64,000 bases of DNA, taken from NCBI RefSeq assembly GCF_009914755.1, contig NC_060945.1. One strand, 5' to 3'. The translations under genes and the position numbers were made by a program. Source of the DNA: the human T2T-CHM13v2.0 reference genome, Homo sapiens. The notes beneath the pieces were generated by a model. That model made no database searches, was not told the origin of the DNA, and was given only the letters and a program-made list of their open reading frames with translations. Positions 50,944 through 63,585 of this stretch are shown one piece after another; position 1 is the stretch's first letter; each line of letters opens with the position of its first letter.

Positions 50944-51725
50944 CAGGAGTCTGCCAACCTCTTGATATGGTTTGAATCTGTGTCTCTGCCGAAATCTTGT
51001 TGAATTGCAATTCTCAATGTTGGAGGTGAGACCTGGTGAGAGGTCATTGGATCATGGGGGCAGATTTTCCCCTTTGGTGCTATTCTCATGATTGCATTCT
51101 CATAGGATCTGATTGCTTAAAAGTGTGTAGCACCTCCCCCCTTCTCTCGATCCTGCTCCTGCCGTGTAAGACAAGCCTGTTTCCCCTTCACCTTCTGCCA
51201 TGATTGTTAGTTTCCTGAGGCCTCCCCGGAAGCCAAGCAGATGCTGGAACCATGCTTTCTGTACAGCCTGCCGAACCATGAGCCAATTAAACCTCTTTTC
51301 TTTATAAATTCCCCGGTCTCAGGTATTTCTTTATAGCAGTGCAAGAACGGACTAATAAACCTCTAGGAAAGGGCCAGACAGTAGATATTTGAGGGTTTGC
51401 AGTACATTCAGCCTCTCCGAAACTTCTGAACTCTGCCGTTGTAACATGAAAGCAGCCTTAGGCAACACATGCATGAATGATCGTGGCTGTGTTCCAGTAA
51501 ACTTTATTTGTGGACACTGAAATTTGACTTCTATGTATTTTTCATATGTCACAAAATATTCTGCATCTGATTATTTTCCAACCATTTAAAAGTGTAAAAC
51601 TGAAATATTCCTAATATGATTCTTTTCCAACCATTTAAATGTGTAAAACCATTCTTAGTTCATAGGCCACTGAAAAACATGGTGGTTGGATTTTGCCAAT
51701 GCCTTAGGTTTGCTGAGCTTTGTCC
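50944..51725. mobile_element. MER58-type hAT MITE split by an MST LTR
   Basis: CAGGAGTCTGCCAAC before the LTR; AAAGGGCCAGACAGTAGATATTT...GGCTGTGTTCCAGTAAACTTTATT after it. Confidence 0.75.
50963..51359 (+). mobile_element. MSTA/MSTB solo LTR
   Basis: TGATATGGTTTGAATCTGTGTC...AATGTTGGAGGTG...GCAAGAACGGACTAATA; perfect TSD CCTCT. Confidence 0.9.
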
Positions 51726-52511
51726 CTGTTTGTTCCTGGTGAGCCATCATCTGCACACTATGCCTGTTTCTTCCTTGAAGGCCCTAATTTATCCCTTTCC
51801 ATCCATACTACTCAGCTCTCCCAACACAGCCTTGAATCCTTCTCTACTGATTTCCACAAGAGGCCTTGATCCTAATCCACTGTACCAGATAATAACTGCA
51901 TGCCAGATAGGGAGGCTCCACCACAATCTTTCCAACAGGAGCTTTCCAAGTCTTTGCTTCCCTTTATCAGTGCCTTTTTTAGGATCAAGATTGCTTTGCT
52001 TCCTTTAGCCAGTGGGGTGGTGGTGAGAACCAAAACTTCTGGTGGTGGTCAGGGTAATTTTTTACATTGAGAGGAGCTAAGAACAGCTTTCCTATTGAGC
52101 AAAAACATCAACACCATGATGCTTCCTACTAAACATTCTCCATCCCCTCTCTCCCTCCTCCTCCCTCCCTTAAGCAGCAACCCTTGCATTCCTCTTTGGC
52201 CATTTCATGCTCAATATCACCTTGCTTATTTGCCATCTTAGTAGAGCACTGGGCAGTACTCAGTAAATCCTCCCTAAACATTGGCCAAGTGCTGAAAACC
52301 CCTGGGATGATGGGATTTCTGTACTGCAAAAACATTTCTTGAACATGAAGTTCCCCTCTACTATGTGTTTCAGGTAAATCCAATCCTCCAAATGAAGGAA
52401 AACAACTACGAAAATATTTTAGGCATGAAATCATGGTACAGGTTTGGATGCCAGGAACTCTGTTACTGGTGACATATTTTTCATCCGAGTAATTAATTAA
52501 TCAACAATTGG

Positions 52512-52877
52512 TGATATGGTTTGGCTCTGTGTCCCCACCCAAATCTCATCTCAAATTGTAATCCCCATGTGTCACGGGAGGGACCCAGGGGGAGCTGATG
52601 GGACTATGGGGGTGATTTCCCCCATGCTGTTCTTGCGAGAGTGAGAGAGTCTCCTGAGCTCTGATAGTTTAAAAGCAGCAGTTTTTCCTGTGCTTGCACT
52701 TCTCTTCCCTGCCGGCTTATGAAGAAAGTGCCTGCTTCCCCTTTGCCTTCCGCCATGATTGTAGCTTTTCTGAGGCCTCCCCAGCCATGCAGAACTGTGA
52801 GTCAATGAAACCTCTTTCTTTTATAAATTATCCAGTCTGTGGTATTTCTTTATAACAGTGTGAAACGGACCAATACA
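52512..52877 (+). mobile_element. MSTA-like solo LTR
   Basis: TGATATGGTTTGGCTCTGTGTCCCCACCCAAATCTCATCTC...AACGGACCAATACA; TSD ATTGG/ATGGG. Confidence 0.88.
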
Positions 52878-54507
52878 ATGGGGTATATGCACCCTGAGTG
52901 AGTATACATCAGAGGGTGTTCACCTTTCAGAGGAGGTAGGAAGTTTTGTGAAACTCATTTTTCAGAGAATTTTAACTCTAATAGCATTAAAAAATGTAAT
53001 GTGGATGCCAAAATTGGCATTGTCCCAGTCACTGCAAATCAAGGTACTAATTAATGTTTTCATCATTCTCCTATGCTTACCCGTATTTGAAAAATGAAGA
53101 CGTCTACATGGGATGTTTTTCCCAAGGATCAAGTACCAAGACTAAACAAAGATTCACTGCCTGATTGAGTTTAGACCCGGCAAGCACAAGACCATTGCTT
53201 CATCTCCACCTTGGATTGCAAAATCTTTCAGGACCAGGGCTGTTGGCTGAATAACTTGCTCCATGGTACCAGGATCTGCAACTCTTGGTGCAGATTGTGG
53301 ATGGAGGTGAGTGGTGAGACAGGGTGGCAGCTATCCTTGCACCTGAAAGAAGTTTGGTGACTCTCTGGGGCAGGTATGCTTCGAAGGGAGCAAGCTCTTC
53401 CAGCTGCAGGGGGACCCTGCACAGCAGAGTCCTCAGCAAACCTTGGCATTGCTTGTGGGCAGCCTCGCAGCTCAGCGGTGTGCTCATGCCAGCTCCTCTA
53501 GATGATGCTGTAATTGGATAGCAACTTTCTTCACTAGGTCACAGGTTCAAGAGCAGCCCAGACCCTTCAGATGTTGCTTTGTCCTCCCTCTCCCAGCCTG
53601 CACAGCATCAAGCTACTCCTGGGGCCTGCCTGTCCTCTCTTCTGCCCCTTACACAAGCTGGGAGCTGAGCTGAAGCAGAGCTGGTTTTAAAGCTCTGACC
53701 TCCATGAGGCAAGGACCACAAAAACCCTGGACCACAAAAAGCTAGGCTGCAGAGACAGGAACAAAAGCAAGGGATGGCAGGAAGCTGATTGACATGTGGG
53801 AATCCAACAATGCCCCAGTCTTCCAGGCGGTGTGGGTCATCTCAGCCAGCAGCACTCCTCAAATGAGAATGAGACAGGTCACCATGGGTCACAGAGCCTC
53901 TCTACCAAAGAAGGAGAAAAAGATCAAGGGGGGCTTTTGTAAAAAGGGAACATATGGACTGGCAAAATAAATCAGAGCTGGCCATGGGGTAAGATCTTCT
54001 TATCCGAAGACCGTAGTCATCGTTCCTGTCACCTTGGCTCTAGAATAAAGCCCACACCCTCATCCCTGACTTCTGTAGACTAATTTAAAAAGATTAAGTA
54101 ACGTTCCTTGTTGTCGCTATCAGGATGTGAACTTGGGGTGCAGCCACCCCAGAAGGGCTGTGCGGAATGGTATTGCTCTAATTCAAAGGACGAGAAGGGA
54201 ATTTTGGTTTTCATGAATTACATCATAGGGATTTTTTTTGTTTGCTGTTGTTTTTGTTGTTGTTGTTTTGCCAAGAAAACATCCTGAGTTCCCTGGTCCT
54301 GAATCTGACCTCATTAGGGGTAGAGGTTGGAGCTACGTCCCTGGCAACACCACCCTCCCACCTGGAGCAGCAGTGCTGCAGTGAAGAGGAGTTTCTCATG
54401 GTTTAGGGATAAAATGAACTGAAGAGTTCTCACCATGGCTGCCTAGGCAGCTGACGGGGCCACGGTAACTGACTCTGGATCCCACGTTCCAGCTGAACAC
54501 CAAGTTA

Positions 54508-55070
54508 TGTCTTAGTCCACATGGGTGGCCATTGAAAGCACCCCAGACTAGGCAGCTTAAACAACAGACATTTATCTTCTCACAGTTCTGAAGGCTGGAA
54601 GTCCAAGATTAAGTTTCCGGCAGGGTTGGGTTCCCAGCCAGGGCTCTCTGGCTGTGTTCTCACTTGGCAGAAAGATGGTGGGGAGGGGGGACAGTGAGCC
54701 CTAGTATCTCTTTTTTAAAGGCCACATATCCTTTATCAGATCAGAACTCTACCCTTATCACCTCATCTAACCTTAATGACTTTTGGCTGGGCGCGGTGGC
54801 TCATGCCTGTAATCCCAGCACTTTGGGAGGCTGAGGCGGGAGAATCACTTGAGGTCAGGAGTTTGAGACCAGCCTGGCCAACATGCTGAAACCCCATCTC
54901 TACTAAAAATACAAAAATTAGCTGGGCATGGAGGCGCGTGCCTGTAACCCCAGCTACTCAGGAGGCTAAGGAACAAGAATCACTTGAACCTGAGAGGCAG
55001 AGGTTTCAGTGAGCCAAGATCGTGCCACTGCACTCCAGCCTGGGGGACAGAATGAGACTCCATCTCAAAA

Positions 55071-55105
<35 letters not shown>

Positions 55106-55190
55106 CCTTAATAACTTCCTTAGAGGCCCCATCTCCAAGTACCACCACGCTAAGGGTTAGGGCTTCAGCATAAGAATTTTGGAGAAACGT
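54508..55190 (-). mobile_element. MLT1A-type LTR split by an Alu
   Basis: TGTCTTAGTCC...AAACAACAGACATTTAT...; resumes with CCTTAGAGGCCCCATCTCC...GGGTTAGGGCTTCA after the Alu. Confidence 0.8.
54785..55103 (+). mobile_element. AluS (Sz/Sx-like) with (TAAA)n tail
   Basis: Full dimer; TSD AACCTTAATGACTT / AACCTTAATAACTT. Confidence 0.93.
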
Positions 55191-55596
55191 GAACTTTGGC
55201 TGTTGAATGCAGCCCCCATGCTCACTCCTGACTTCCTTAGACTAACCAAAAAACTTAATAGTATTCAACATTATTGCTACCAGAGTACTAAACTGCCTAG
55301 GATGAGAACTTGGGGTGTGGCTCCCCAAGTCCATAACAGATATGTGACAAAAGCACCCTCCTGGATCACTTTCACTATTCATTCATTCACGCGATTGTTC
55401 CTTGACTTAATACTTATCCACTGGAGTGACCGAAGGCCAGGTGTGCTCCCAGAGGCAGGGATAACAGTGGTGAGCAAGGAGCCACCATGCTCAGGGAGAA
55501 GTCAGACAAATAAAATGGAAAGACAGAAGAAAATAGAATGTGGCACTTCCCACCATAAGAACAAGTTGGTTTTCATTTGTGCACAACTTCACATTC

Positions 55597-55722
55597 TTTT
55601 TAGAGATGGGGTCTCACTACATTGCCCAGGTTGGTCTCAAATTCCTGGCTTCAAGTGATCCTCCCACCTCAGCCTCCTGAGTAGTTAGGATTACACACGT
55701 TTGCCACTGTCCCCAGCTACCT
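55597..55722 (-). mobile_element. Alu monomer (FLAM-like)
   Basis: TAGAGATGGGGTCTCACTACATTGCCCAGG...TGATCCTCCCACCTCAGCCTCC. Confidence 0.8.
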
Positions 55723-55897
55723 TGGTTTTGACATAATCTGGCCTGTAGCAGCTCCCTTTTCCCGTTCCTTCTTTAAGCTTTTCCAAACAGATGAATATCT
55801 TTCAATTTTCAGAAAAGTAATATCCTCAAACTCTTCAGAGTACTCCTCCCTTATCTGCAGAATTTAAACAATACCTCTTGCTTCTGTGTGTTGTTCA

Positions 55898-56287
<390 letters not shown>

Positions 56288-57238
56288 TTATTTTTTGTAT
56301 AATTGTAAATTATCAAAGAGGTCATTGTTTCTTTCTCCTTTAATATCATTTTAATCGGTGGATCTCCACTTTTCCTCCCCAGATTTCTTGCTCTGAAAAT
56401 GAAAAGTGGCAAAAGTAGAGGAAAAGACACTGGTGGGTAGAGTCATGACAAATTTGACATTTCTAAACTGGGCTTGACAGTGGAACTTTGAAAATATTTA
56501 TCTATCAGAAAATAGTTTCAGCCATGGGCAATTTGGTAAAAGGTTTAGTTGATGGAAAAACCGTAACTCAGTGTGACTGGCTTTAATGTAAGATGTTCTT
56601 GAAGGCCACAGAATCACCAGCATTTCCAACAACCTGGAAAATTTAGACCAGCTTGGAAAAATAACAGGGGGCTGGGGTCATAGCCAAAACACTGTGCAAG
56701 ATTAGATAAATTTATGTGCTTTAGAGATTTGGATTTAAATATTAAATTATAAATGAAAGCAATGCTGAGGCTGTGTTTAAACAGGGCTCTCTGCCTATGT
56801 TCTGGTCTCTTTTGCCTCCAAAAGATTGGAATAACTTTCCAAAATAAGGTGTGTGCTGCATCTATATATAGTTGTTTCCCATTTGCATTTCTCGTAAAAG
56901 TATGTGCTCCTATGGCTCCTTTAAGTAGTTAAAAAGGACTCTGCCCTGTGGGTGCTGGCCTGTGTCTCAGTACTTTTGTGTGCCTTCCAAGCCCAAGACA
57001 ATGACTTCTCTAAGAGGCAGCACTGCTCATCTGAGGTCCTTCCTCCTGCCACCCTGGCTGGTCTAGAGTTTCAGCCTCTGCACAGGCAATGGGCTAGTCC
57101 ACTTGAAGTGCTGGGTCCATTCTGCCTTTTTCACCTGCCATGGCCCTAAAACGACTCTCTTCTTGAATTGTCTGGTGAACATAATCAGATTTTCTCCAAT
57201 TTTGTTTCTGTTTTCATACCAAAAATGAAGAAAGCAAC

Positions 57239-57600
57239 TGTGTTAGTCCGTTCTCACACTGCTATAAGGACGTATCCAGGACTGGGTAATTTATAAAGGA
57301 AAGAGGTTTAATGGACTCACAATTCCACATGGCTGGGGAGGCCTCACAATCATGGTGGAAGGTGAAGTAGGAGCAAAGTCATGTCTTACATGGCAGCAGG
57401 CAAGAGAGTGTGTGCTGGGGAACTGCTCTTTATAAAACCATCAGATCTCATGAGACTTCTTCACTATCATGAGAACAGCACAGGAAAACCTGCCTCCATG
57501 ATTCAATTACCTCCCACCGGGTCCCTCCCATGACACATGGGGATTATGGGAGCTACAATCCAAGATGAGATTTGGGTGGGGACACAGCCACACCATATCA
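57239..57600 (-). mobile_element. THE1B solo LTR (same strand as ERG)
   Basis: Reverse complement runs TGATATGG...GGACTAACACA; perfect TSD GCAAC on both sides. Confidence 0.92.
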
Positions 57601-57739
57601 GCAACCCCCTTCCTGTAGAACAAACAAACCATCTGCAGAACAAAGGAAGAGTAAACCCAAGGCTTCATCATGGTGGTCCTCCCCCTTGCCCCTTTTTTCA
57701 TCCCTCAAATTATACATGGAGTGGCATTAACCATTAACC

Positions 57740-58226
57740 ACTCTTAGGTTTAAAACCCTCCTCCCTGTTGCCCTGAGAGTAATTTCCAAAAACATAGCTT
57801 GGTGTGGAAGCCCCGCTCATCTTCCCAGTTCTAGAGTCCCCCAATGCCCCCATCTTTGCTCTCTGTTTCTACCATAGCCGAGTAGGTTCTGATTCTTTCT
57901 ACCTTCCCAGGTGTTGGAACATTCCAGGTTGGAGTGTTATTCTTACAACTCTTGTCCCCCATTTCAGTTGGCCAACTCCCACTCACTCTGCCAGGGTTTC
58001 CCCTAACCATCCCCCACTGTTGGCTTAAGTGGCCCCACCATGAGCTGTCATGCCATATCGCAGCGCTATTTTTGCACACTCCAATGTAATTGCGTTTGTA
58101 CAGCTGCTCCCTGTTAGACTCCTGGAGGGCGACGGCTGTTTTGTGTTCCCTGTTGTGTCCTCACAGCCCCGCACAGTATTCAGCATATGATATGTGTTGA
58201 ACAAATACTTGATGAATGGATGAATA
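57740..58226. mobile_element. L2 3' remnant
   Basis: Ends GCACAGTATTCAGCATATGATATGTGTTGAACAAATACTTGATGAATGGATGAAT. Confidence 0.6.
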
Positions 58227-58245
58227 CAATTACAGGAACCAATGT

Positions 58246-58323
58246 TTAGGTTGAGCCATATGAAATGGCTGCTATTTAACCATTTTTAACCTACAAACAT
58301 GGCAGTTTCATGATTCTATCTAA
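58246..58323. mobile_element. MADE2-like mariner MITE
   Basis: About 80 bp, with degenerate TIRs TTAGGTTGAGCCATATGAAATGGC / GCAGTTTCATGATTCTATCTAA. Confidence 0.7.
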
Positions 58324-59760
58324 TGAACTAACTGTCTTAGGAATACTGTGCCCCAGCACAAAAGACTGCTTGAAATTACCTCCAAAAGATGTAGGGGTCT
58401 AGGCCCCATGAAGAGAAGCTTCAGATAACACAGGAGAGGACAAAGGTAGAAGGAAAAGAGGATTTTGTGAAAAGAACTGAACAGGCATTTCCAATCAATT
58501 ATATGCTCAGAATTTTTCCTGGTCTCCCAAATATTGCCCTTCAGCCTTGCAAACCATCTGGAAAGTTCTTTCCTCTGGATGAAGCATGCTCATGCCAAAT
58601 GTGAACTCTGTACTCTCTGACAGTCACAAGGAAGACTGTCAAATCAGGTATCACTATTGAAAAAAAAAAGAAAAATACTTTTTCTAAATCAGAAAATAAT
58701 TCAATTTTATTCAGCTTTCAGAGAACTAAATAACCATGAGATTAAAATGCCAAATTGTGTATCACACTGTAGGCTTATAAGTACTATTATTCAGAAAAAC
58801 TGGGTTGTAGGAGGAAAATGAAGCCCAAAATAAGAAACAAGAAAAAGTGAGATGGTCTAATTTGGGTGGAAGTTGAGAACATGCCGTTCTTGCCATGAGT
58901 AATTGAGAGTTTGATGGTTAAAAAGAAAACCGACCCGGTACTCTTCTCCTCCTCTGTAAGGAAGACCATTAAGGGCATAAATCCTTATCAAATCCAACCC
59001 CTCTAACTGGGATTGAGGAAAAGCTGTCTTGCATAAGGAGGGCTGAGGGTGTCTAAGCAACAACTACAGTTCTCCCTGGTGTTAAGGTCTCAAGTTAATA
59101 AAATGAACAATTCTGGAAAATGCAAATAGAAAACCAACCCCAAAACTGTGACTGCCATGTTTGTGCAGTGGATGGAATTCTTAAGTGTTGTGCATTCGGG
59201 CTGCACAGACTCTGTTTCAGAAAGATGCTTCCAAGAGGTGGGATCTATTCAACAGAATATCATCCACAATGCAGGAGATGCCCAGGGAATATCATTCAAA
59301 AATAAACCAGGAAAATCCACAATAGCCATTTATCATGCATTCATTAAGAACTTGGCTCTGGGGTCCAGAGAAACACAGATGAAGAAGCCGTAACTCTGGC
59401 CTCCAGGATTTTGCCTCTTGTGTGGGAGCTGAGCTGACAGAAGTTCCTGATGCCAAATGGGATGTACAGACACAAAGCAAGGATATGAGGGGGCATTCTT
59501 GGTTAACTGCCAGGTGTGAGGAGTGAACCTGGCATGCTGCAAGTCAAGGAAAGGATGGCAACTGATGGAAACTGGGAAGGTCTGTAAGACATCATGCAAG
59601 AGACAAAAGCTGATCAATGTTCAAAGGTTATGGAACCACTTCTCTGTTATGCTTTTAAAAAGCAACTTCAAAGAGGAAAAGGGAATGGGATAGTTTATGC
59701 TTTGTTCCTAAACCAAACGATAGTAAACTCTGAAATTCAAGTCCTTCAAGAAATAATTAT

Positions 59761-59960
59761 TTCTCTCTCTGTCTCCTCTTTCTTTCCCTCCTTCCTTCCC
59801 TCCCTCCCTCCCTTCCTTCCTTCCTTCCTCCTTCCTTCCTGCCTTCCTTCCTTCCTTCCTTCTTCCCTCTCTTCCTCCCTCCCTTCTTTCTTTCCTTCTT
59901 TCTTTCTCCCTTTCTCTCTCTGTCTCTCTTTCTCTTTGTTTATCCTTCTCTCTCCCCTCC
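59761..59960. repeat. Polypyrimidine tract with (TTCC)n/(TCCC)n, i.e. (GGAA)n on the - strand
   Basis: Read directly. Confidence 0.92.
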
Positions 59961-60315
59961 TAAATGAGTGAGGTAAATTTAATTGGGTCTGTGAAATCTC
60001 ATACCCTTTGGGTTGATATGAAGACACTAGGAAAGTACAACTTTATCTGACTACAAACATGATTATCTGTTGTGTTTTTCTAAAGAGTGTTTTCCTTTTA
60101 TGGATAAATTTATCTCATTTACTTTTATTGACATGTTTAGAATTATTTCTGATGTTTTATTTCTTTTTATGCTTTCTGGATTTTTTTAACCTTTAAATTG
60201 AAGTATAACATATATATAGAAAAATAAACAAATCAAAACTGTATAACTTGAAAAACTTTTATAGAGTTGAAGCATCTGAGGAACCACCACCCAGATCAAG
60301 AAATGAAACATGACT

Positions 60316-60585
60316 TCTCACTTATAAATGGGAGCTAAACATGAGTATACATGGACATAAAGATGGGGATAATAGACACTGAGAATTGCAAAATGGGGGA
60401 GCGTAGGAGGGGAGTGAGGGTTAAGAAATTACCTATTGAGTACAATGTTCAATATTTGGATAATGGGTAGAATAGAATCTCAATCTCCATCATTAGACAT
60501 GTAATACCCAAGCAACAAACAAGTACATGTACCCACTGAATCTAAAGTAAAAGTAAAAATAAAATAAATAAAATAATTTTAAAAA
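60316..60585 (+). mobile_element. L1PB-type 3' end
   Basis: TCTCACTTATAAATGGGAGCTAAAC...TTACCTATTGAGTACAATGTTCA; TSD AAATGAAACATGACT / AAATGGAATATGACT. Confidence 0.85.
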
Positions 60586-60894
60586 AAATGGAATATGACT
60601 GTCATCTACAAACCATTGAGATCCTTCCAGTCACTAACATTCCCCTGGGGTAACCACCAGCCTGATTTCTAATTCCATTTTTGCCTATTTTTGAACTTTA
60701 TATACATGGAATCATGTAGTATATACATTTTCATGTCTAGCTTCTTTTGCTCAATATCATGTTTAAGACATTTAATCATATAGTTGCATGCAGTTGTAGT
60801 TTATTCATTCTTATTGCTGAATAGTATTCCATTGTGTGGTTATACCACAATCAATTTACCCATTCCACTGTTGTTATGCATTTGGATAGTTTCC

Positions 60895-61193
60895 TCATTC
60901 TCAGCAAACTATCGCAAGGACAAAAAAACAAACACCACATGTTCTCACTCATAGGTGGGAATTGAACAATGAGAACACATGGACACAGGAAGGGGAACAT
61001 CACACACCGGGGACTGTTGTGGGGTGGGGGGAGGGGGGAGGGATAGCATTAGGAGATATACCTAATTCTAAATGACGAGTTAATGGGTGCAGCACACCAA
61101 CATGGCACATGTATACATATGTAACTAACCTGCACGTTGTGCACATGTACCCTAAAACTTAAAGTATAATAATAATAAAATTAAAAAAAAAAG
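60895..61193 (+). mobile_element. L1PA (PA3-like) 5'-truncated 3' end
   Basis: CATGTTCTCACTCATAGGTGGGAATTGAACAATGAGAACAC...AAATGACGAGTTAATGGGTGCAGCACACC...ACTTAAAGTATAATAA plus A tail. GAG rather than ACA/ACG at the diagnostic site, so not L1HS-Ta. Confidence 0.93.
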
Positions 61194-62087
61194 AAATAGT
61201 TCTACTATAAACATTCTTGTACTTGTCTGTTTGTGAACATATGTATGTATTTGTGTTTGGCACCTACAAATGGAATTGCCAGGTAGTCATAGGGTTTGTG
61301 GATTGTCAGGTTTAGTCGGTTCTGCCAAGTAGCTTTTCAAGGCAGTTGTGAAGATTTACATTCCCACCAGCAATCAGAAAGCCAATATGATTGAAACTGT
61401 AATGCTTCCTCAGACAATAAACATATATTGAAGAAACCCCTTCTATACCAAGTCAGCATGGCCTGAGAGCTTAAGTATTAAACATTTTTGTTGCTTTCTT
61501 AGGACAAAAATAAGAGTTAGCTACACTGTTTTTAAAAGGAAGGAGGCTAGGAAGAAGTGGGTTCTGATAAGCATTAAGGACTCCTTTCCAAGATGAATGA
61601 ATAATGTAAACTAAATAAAGGCTGATGAAATGGCACAAAATAACAGTTAAGAATTACCAAGATCATGCCAGAGGGTGGTTAGAGAACCAGATGTTTCCAG
61701 GAAATTATGGTCCTTGTTTTGAACTCAGCTGGCCAAAAGCTGGGTAAAATTGTACATGTTTAACTCACAGGACTATCTGACAACAATGTTTATCCCACTT
61801 TGCAAAGAAAAATTTCCTGAGATACATCAGGAAGAAAATGCTGATAAGATTTTTTAAACTCAGGGGATACGTTTTTTAAGAACTTTCTAAGTTAATAATT
61901 TAATGATTTCTGCATTATTTTCCAGCATCATTAGCTTTAAAAATGTTGAAAGAAATTGAAAGTGAACATCCAAACTGGCTGGAGACTTGGAAAGGTGAAA
62001 TCTTTTCTAAGCTGCAGGAAAATGCAATGGAACTTCAGTGATAAAGACACATCCTTGTAATGATTTCCCATAGATTCAAAAAGAGCA

Positions 62088-62223
62088 GGCCAGGTGCGGT
62101 GGCTCATGTCCGTTATCCCAGCACTTCAGGAGGCCAAGGTGGGCGGATCACCTGAGGTCAGGAGTTCAAGACCAGCCTGGTCAACATGGTGAAACCCTGT
62201 CTCTATTAAATAAAAAAAAAAAA
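62088..62223 (+). mobile_element. AluS left arm only
   Basis: GGCGGATCACCTGAGGTCAGGAGTTCAAGACC...TCTCTATTAAAT followed by an A run; no right arm. Confidence 0.85.
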
Positions 62224-62334
62224 GAAAGAGAGAGAGCATACAGTATAGGCACACAAGTCTACATACAAGGGTATAAAATATTTCCAGAAAGAGATACAGA
62301 TCTTACCACACTTGTTCTCTTCTTAAAACTCTTC

Positions 62335-62633
62335 GGCCGGGCGTGGTGGCTCATGCCTGTGGTCCCAGCACTTTGGGAGGCCGAGGTGGGTGGATCACGA
62401 GGTCAGGAGATCAAGACCATCCTGACTAACACGGTGAAACCCCATCTCTACTAAAAATACAAAAAATTAGCTGGGTGTGGTGGCAGGCGCCTGTAGTCCC
62501 AGCTACTCAGGAGGCTGAGGCAGGAGAATGGCATGAGCCTGGGAGGCAGAGCTTGCAGTGAGCCGAGATCATGAACTCCAGCCTGGGAGACAGAGCAAGA
62601 CTCCATATCAAAAAAAAGAAAGGAAAAAAAAAA
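62335..62633 (+). mobile_element. AluY (older, CpG-decayed)
   Basis: GATCACGAGGTCAGGAGATC, CTAACACGG, GAATGGCATGA, GAGCTTGCAG; TSD AAAACTCTTC. Confidence 0.93.
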
Positions 62634-62799
62634 AAAACTCTTCAGGTATTTGGTCCCATTGCCTAAAATCCCAGCTTTTTGACATTGCATTCAAAGCCAT
62701 TTATGAGCTAGCCTTTCCCTCTCTCTCTGACTCTATCCTATAACCACCTGCATTTCATCTCTTCCCTCTTGCATGGTTTTTCCAGCAACATCAAAGTAA

Positions 62800-63128
62800 A
62801 GATGCCTTTACTGATAAAAGACCACTCACCAGAAATGTTTAGGAGATTATTCCCTCGAAGGGGTGAGCAGGTGTCCTACCCAATGACTGACTGATACAGG
62901 AACACAAAAGCCCAGCTTCCATGCACTAAGGAGGGACAACTCCACAGTGCCCCGAGTGTCCATGTGTGAGTAGGCTGAAGTGAGACCTCAGCTGGAACCA
63001 CGTCTTTGCCCAGCTTATTCTCAGCCCTATTTCACATCTCTCATCACTCCTCAGAGACTGCCCTCAATAAATTACTTGCACAAAAATCCCCATATCAGGC
63101 TCTTCTTCTAGGAAACCCAATGTAAGAG
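62800..63128 (+). mobile_element. LTR16-like ERVL LTR
   Basis: GGGACAACTCC...CCCTCAATAAATTACTTGCACAAAAATCCCCATATCAGGCTC...GGAAACCC. Confidence 0.6.
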
Positions 63129-63129
63129 A

Positions 63130-63585
63130 GGCATTTCTCACTTAACAACCAAAACAATGCTTTTGATGGACTTGTCCCCTAAATTGGCCTATGATCCATC
63201 CATCCTCTTCATCTCCATAAATGACATCACTTGCTCCACTGCTTGGTGCCAAAACCTAGGAATTGTCCTTGGTTCTTATCTTTCTCTCATGCTCCAGATG
63301 CAATCTGTCAGCAAATCCTGCTACCTTTGCCTGGCACATCCTGAATCTGACTCCGGCTCAGCACCTCACCTCCCATCTGGACTGAAAGAGCCTCCTTACT
63401 CGTGTCTGATTCCCTGTTCTTGTTCCTCTTTAATCAGTTCTCCACAGAGCTGCCAGAGTGAGCCTCTCAAAATGTAAGTAGAAAAAAGTGCCTCCTCTGC
63501 TCAGAATCCTGTAGTGGCTACCTATTATGCCTAGAATAGAATCACTTGGCCTCTTGTGATCTCTTCAGCTAAGTCTTCCACCTCA
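63130..63585. mobile_element. L2 remnant
   Basis: CCAAAACCTAGGAATTGTCCTTG...CAATCTGTCAGCAAATCCTG...CTCTGCTCAGAATCCT. Confidence 0.65.

Larger units (their letters stand above)
60175..61372 (-). mobile_element. Old L1MB/ME-type fragment hosting two younger L1 3' ends
   Basis: Reverse L1 3' motifs: GAACTTTATATACATGGAATCAT, GCTGAATAGTATTCCATTGTGTGG, TTTACATTCCCACCAGCAAT. Confidence 0.8.

Noticed and set aside
59594-60027. ORFs with PSFL/EGRK repeats
   Set aside because: Translations of the TTCC/TCCC microsatellite.
60895-61193. Possible active or polymorphic L1HS
   Set aside because: Only ~300 bp of 3' end, carrying older diagnostics (GAG, TTAGGAGATA, GAGAACAC).
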